Shown one piece after another: positions 59,227 through 64,000 of a stretch of 64,000 bases of DNA; position 1 is the stretch's first letter, and the number at the start of each line of letters is the position of its first letter. Position numbers and translations under genes: made by a program. This stretch comes from Vicugna vicugna (Eukaryota): positions 62,001-126,000 of the forward strand of contig MU060195.1 of NCBI GenBank assembly GCA_013265495.1, written 5' to 3'. A model generated the notes under the pieces. The model was given only the letters and a program-made list of their open reading frames with translations. It was not told the origin of the DNA and made no database searches.

Positions 59227-60193
59227 TAAATATTCCTACCTACTTTTTCTCCACCCACCCATCACTCCCTACCACCCTTAGATTCATGTTGTGGCATCTT
59301 TATACTACGCTGAGCAAAACCTGCATGCCAGAAAGGACCGGTTATTGCACACAGATGTGCGGTGGAGTCAGTGTGATCTGTTCCCACTGGATCCTGCACC
59401 CGATCTCTGAGGGGGGATACTCGGGCACTGTCTCTTTTGCCCTTGATTACTCGGCTTCCATGGAATTTTCCTCAGCATCAACAGGCCCACAGACATCTGA
59501 GTCCCTAACGCTTTTGTTGTATAACCCTAACACCGTGGAGAAAACACAAAAGCAGCTCTCAGCAGACGACACGCTGGACGGCCCGAGCGTGTGCTGGAAG
59601 AGCAAATAGGCGGATGAGCCGGGGCAGACAGGGCACGCGTCATCACCCCGTCAGAGACCACGTCTGCGTCTGCGGTCTCCTCATGGGGGCGGCTGTCTGT
59701 TTTCGGGGGCTACCATCTCCGTATTCCGAACCACTTACAGAACAGGCAGGGGCGGGAACGTGAGGGTCAAAGCAATGCCTCCATTGCTGAGAGAGGCTGG
59801 AGAACGTGCCCTTGGTCCTAACACGAAAGCCCGAAATGAGACGAAACTGCCCATCACAGACACAGTGGGCACCCTCAGGACCTTATGTGGAAGTTGTGCC
59901 CAGGAAGCTTTTCCAGCATACATTTAACAAATCTTAAACTTTCACAGCATCTTAAGACTGTTCACACACTTAGTAAACTTCCCAGAACTTTCAATTTACA
60001 AGCACAGTTATATCAACTATATCTTGAATTTGAGCACGAGGCTTATTTGTTCCAAACCCTGATTCAGCCATTATTTAAACTGCCCAAATACACATGATTC
60101 CTGTGTGAGATATTGTGGGCCAGACTTACTTCGTCATTTCTACGGTTCTTCTCATCATTGCCAAGGATAAAAGACACCAGCCACTGAAGGTGC

Positions 60194-60530
60194 TGCTGTG
60201 GTCTGAATGTCTGTGTCCTCCCGAACTCGTATGTCGAGAACTAACACTCCATGTGAGGCACCAGGAGGTGGGGCATTTGGGTGATTAGGTCACGAGGGTG
60301 GAGCCCCCGGGATGGGATTGGCGCCCTTACCTTAGGGGCCTGAGAAAGCTCCCTGGTCCTGTCCACCATGTGAGGACACAGTGAGAGCCAGTGAGGGCCG
60401 GGCCAGAGCCTGACCTGCTGGCACCCCAGTCCTGGATGTCCAGCCTCCACAACATGAGAAATAAATTTCTGTTGTCTATCAGCCACCCAATCTGTGGTCT
60501 TTTGTTACAGCAGCCTGGATGGACCAAGAT
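60194..60530 (+). mobile_element. MaLR solo LTR (MLT1A-like), near full length
   Basis: TGCTGTGGTCTGAATGTCTGTGTCC...GGTGATTAGGTCACGAGGGTGGAGCCC...CCACCATGTGAGGACACAG...AATAAATTTCTGTTGTCTATCAGCCACCCAATCTGTGG. Confidence 0.9.
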
Positions 60531-61338
60531 GGAGACACTTATTTTGTCCCAGGTAACTGGAGGTTTCCAGCTTGTGGACCAAGAATAAATATTAACCAGA
60601 GACATTGGGCTGAGAGGTAGGAGTAGAACCTTGACCAAGAGGATGATGGCACAGGCTGAATCTCTGTCGGTCACTATGACACAAGTCTGTGCCCTACAGA
60701 GAGGTGGACCTCCCAGTCCACTACTTACTCTACATAGAATTCCACATGCTCAGTTCTTCCCTCTGATCTGACCCTGCCCCCCCCCAGCTGGGGACGGAGC
60801 TTCCTTCCCTGCCTGCAGGGATTTGGGAGGTCTGCTGGTTGGGTCGGTTTGGGTTCATCACCCTCACATGACCTCCTGATGTCTGTGTGATTCTAGAGAC
60901 CCTTTTAATGGCATTTCATTCGATGCCTTGGACTCTAATGTATTTCTTTCATAATTTCTACCACCTGACTTGAGTAGATCGGATTAAATAACCATTTTTC
61001 CTTTCATTTTTCTCTTACCCTGCCAAAGCTGCAACTCTTCAGGCTATGGACACGGCGCCAGACGGGTTCTGCACTCTGTGAAACCCTGTAGTCCTCACAG
61101 GAAAGCTGCGCGAATGCCCGCACACACGGAAAGGACATCTAACACGCCGGCTGCAGCCTTCCCCCGGATTCTGCTGCCCTCATTTTACCCTCATGCTGTA
61201 GAGGCAACCTGCTCTGCGTTGTCCTGGAAACTGGAACGCAGCCTCCCGGAGGGCAGGGGACCCTGCCACCTGCTCCCAGCGACGCCTGTGCGTGGCAGGG
61301 AGCAGGCCCTCAAGGAGACACGAGTGTGTGACTGCAAG

Positions 61339-61940
61339 CTGGGCTGGCTCATGATTTGTGGGATCCTGGGTAAGATGAAGATACAAGGCTTTTTGTTCAA
61401 AAATTATGAAGACTTTCAAGACAGTAACCCTAAGCGAAGCACCCAGAAAGGGAAAGGAAAAAACCCTATGATATCATTCATATATGGAATCTAAAAAAAA
61501 GGAAAAGAAAGAAGACGACACTAATGAACTCATCTCCAAAACAGAAACAGACTGGCAGACATAGTAAACAATCTCATGGTTACGGGGGGGAAAGGGGATC
61601 GGCAGGGATAAATTGGGGGGTCGAGACTGGCAAATGTTAACTCCTATATATCAAAAAGTAGAAAAAACAATTTTTGTCTGTAGAGCACAGGAAACTATTC
61701 AATGTCTTGTAATAACCTTTAATGAAAAAGAGTATAAAAATGAATGCGTGCATGTATACACATGGCTGGACACCGCTGTACACCGGGAACTGACCCGCTG
61801 TAACTGGCTGTTCTTTGGTAATAAATGAAGACACATATAAGTAAATAAGACAGTAACAGCGGAGTGTTAAACCAAGCCTGGCCCCACCTCCGCACAGGAC
61901 ACTGTGACAGGGCAGGCCACACACCCGTCAGCTGGCCCTG
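61339..61940 (-). mobile_element. MER45A-like hAT MITE split by an L1 insertion
   Basis: Left half CTGGGCTGGCTCATGATTTGTGGG...TTGTTCAAAAATTATGAAGACTTTCAAGACAG. Right half AAGACAGTAACAGCGGAGTGTTAAACCAAGC...GCTGGCCCTG, with TIR-like ends. Confidence 0.75.
61429..61846 (+). mobile_element. Camelid L1 3' end with an 11-bp TSD
   Basis: Flanked by identical AAGACAGTAAC at 61418-61428 and 61847-61857. The body runs CCTAAGCGAAGC...CATATATGGAATCTAAAA...GCTGTACACCGGGAAC. Confidence 0.92.
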
Positions 61941-62809
61941 GAGATGAGTGTAGGCACACACGCTAAGTGGCACACGGCACACGGGGTCCTGGTCCCATGT
62001 GTGTGTCCGTCTGACCCCCTTGGTCGTAAACCTCTCGTGAGCACGGTTAGCGTGGTCTTCCTGCTGGTGCGTCAAGTCTGTGTGTCACTGGGGTGTCACC
62101 AGACAGCACCATGTGGGCGCTGAGCACTCCAGGGCTCAGCCCAGGGCCCGGCAACAAGCAAACCGACGCTCGCGAGCACAAGGAAACGCTGGCGGGGAAC
62201 GAACGCCCTGACCCCGAACAGAGCATTTCAAGTGCAGGTCACCGTTTCACCCCCTGTGCCGTCATGGACAGACCACCGGCGTTGCTAGAGGCGCTCAGTA
62301 CTTTCGGCATTTATGTCTTCCCGGGGGGACCCTTGAGTCTGGAGTGGCATCCCAGCCTCTGTTAAAGAGTCGCCGCCTCATGCTTAGAACGCCTGTGTGT
62401 CTGCAGCAGCACTCCGTCCCAGCGAACGTGAGGCACAGCGCTGCCCGGGGCACATCCTGGGACGCAGGCACACCCAACCCCGACCAGAGCTGCAGAAACA
62501 GGTCAGCCGCTAAAGGAGGCACGTGAGGTGACCAGCCATGTGAGCTCTCGGTGAGCACATGCCACGGAGAATTGGAGGGCACACTTTTGCAGGCGAGGTG
62601 TTTGTACCGGCTGTTTTTGGCTCACGTCTTGTCCATGAGTTGGCTGGAGGAGAGTCATGAGCAAGTCGAGGAGAAACAAGACTGCTGCTGATGCTTTGCT
62701 TTGCTGTTAAACACAGGGCTTAGTAAGATTTTTCTATGAAAATCACAGCTTCTCAATCCCTAGAAGACTGGGGAGCACTTAACTGCAATCAGTGAGGAAG
62801 TTTAAACCA

Positions 62810-63480
62810 GGCCGTGAGGATGCACCCCCGGCGGGGACAGCGGCGCTCCGCCCCGGGCAGGAGGGGGCCTCGCATCACCGTGGGCGATCCGGTGACAGCG
62901 AGGTCACCGAGGGGCGGGGACAGAGGCAGGCAGACAGTGAAGGCAGGAGAGCGGGCGCTGCGGGCGCTCACACCGAGCACAACGCTCCGGCTGGAAACCG
63001 GGCGCATTCCGCGCCGGTCAGGACATCAGTCAGACTTGCAGTTAGCCATCCGACCGGCCGCCCAGGGCCCGTGAGTTCCGGGGAAAGCATGACCACACAT
63101 GCTCCCCGTGGGTTCTAGGCCCTCCCCTGCCGTCCCCCAACGTGCCCGAGTCCGACGTCTGAGCGGGGACAGCGGAGCAAGCGGCTGCCACAGCTGGCCG
63201 GGCCGAGGTGCCGGAGACTTTAGCGGCGGCGGGAGCACTCAGCCGGCGCCCCTCTGGGGCTGAGCGCGGAGCAGCGCAGGGAGGAGCAGCCTCTGGAGGC
63301 ACCCCCGCGGGGTAAGGCGGAGCCCGAGGAGCCGCTCAAGCCCTCGAACGGGACCCTGCACCCAGAGCCAGGCAGAGCCACAGGCCCAGCACCGCAGCCG
63401 CAGGAGAGGCGGGGAGGAACTCGCAGGAGCCCCATAAAGGGGACAGCAGCAGCCCAGAGGCCCAGGGACATGGAGGGGGG
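62810..63480 (+). promoter_or_regulatory. CpG island; candidate promoter and non-coding first exon(s) of an unidentified + strand gene
   Basis: About 670 bp CpG-dense, non-repetitive. GC boxes at 62848-62853 and 62911-62919, + strand donor-like sites CCC|GTGAGT (63071) and GGG|GTAAGG (63312), and a CTCF-like motif at 63245-63259. Confidence 0.6.
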
Positions 63481-64000
63481 ACACGCCGTCCCCAAGCATC
63501 GGTCTCTCTGTTTCCTCCCCTGATGGATGGGCAGCTGGGCGTCTGCTGGCAACTACAATGGGGTGTTCAGTTAGGTTTTTCCTCTGACAGTACAGTGTTT
63601 ACCTAAAACACAGTAGGAAAAAAAAATTCCCTCCAGCTTATGGGAGAAAACGGCCTTAAATATTTGGCAAATTCTGAAAAAAATTAACACGTTTTTCGAA
63701 ATGAAGACTCTGTCTGCAAAATGAAGACAAGTTCTAACAGGTCTTTCAGAACAAAATGGAAATCAACGTACACAAAGAATTCAGCTCACAGAGTTTTGAG
63801 AAAAAAATTAAAGACTCAAAGTAACATGACACAGAGAAATGTTTGGCAACAGAAGGAAACACGAAGCACTTTGTTTCTCACAGCCCAGCCCCAGGCAGGA
63901 CATGCGCGTCAGGGCGATAAATTAGGGTAACCCAAGAAGGGGGTGTGTGTCCACCTGACGTCTGCATCAGTAGGACCGACACTAGACGCAAATTACCCAC

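Noticed and set aside
310-63930. The six-frame ORF track as evidence of genes
   Set aside because: All ORFs are 60-220 aa, overlap on both strands, include non-ATG starts, and resemble no protein I recognise. This is expected by chance in GC-rich mammalian DNA.

Overview
Mammalian genomic DNA, very probably a camelid (alpaca, llama or camel). This call rests on tRNA-Ala-derived SINEs beginning GGGGAGGGTGTAGCTCAG and on L1 3' ends ending ...GCTGTACACCAGAAATTAACACAACATTGTAAACTGACTATAC-(A)n. It comes from a gapped scaffold with four N runs. I could not recognise any protein-coding exon. The listed ORFs are short chance ORFs in GC-rich DNA, low-complexity translations, or L1 ORF2 remnants. The window is intergenic or intronic and holds young camelid L1s and SINEs, old L1M/HAL1, L2, MIR, MaLR (MLT1) and hAT (MER5/MER45) fragments, microsatellites, and CpG-rich blocks at about 40.4-41.7 kb and 62.8-63.5 kb. 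The last block looks like the promoter and non-coding first exon(s) of an unidentified + strand gene beyond the window. I found no new biological system. The most interesting signals are: (i) patchy AT-to-GC drift in ancient repeats, suggesting fossil GC-biased gene-conversion tracts; (ii) a doubly palindromic templated insertion inside an L1; (iii) a homeodomain-site cluster at 26.8-27.0 kb; (iv) well-preserved nested or sequential insertions with readable target-site duplications (TSDs). Repeat subfamily names come from remembered consensus sequences, not a database run, and boundaries of old repeats are approximate.
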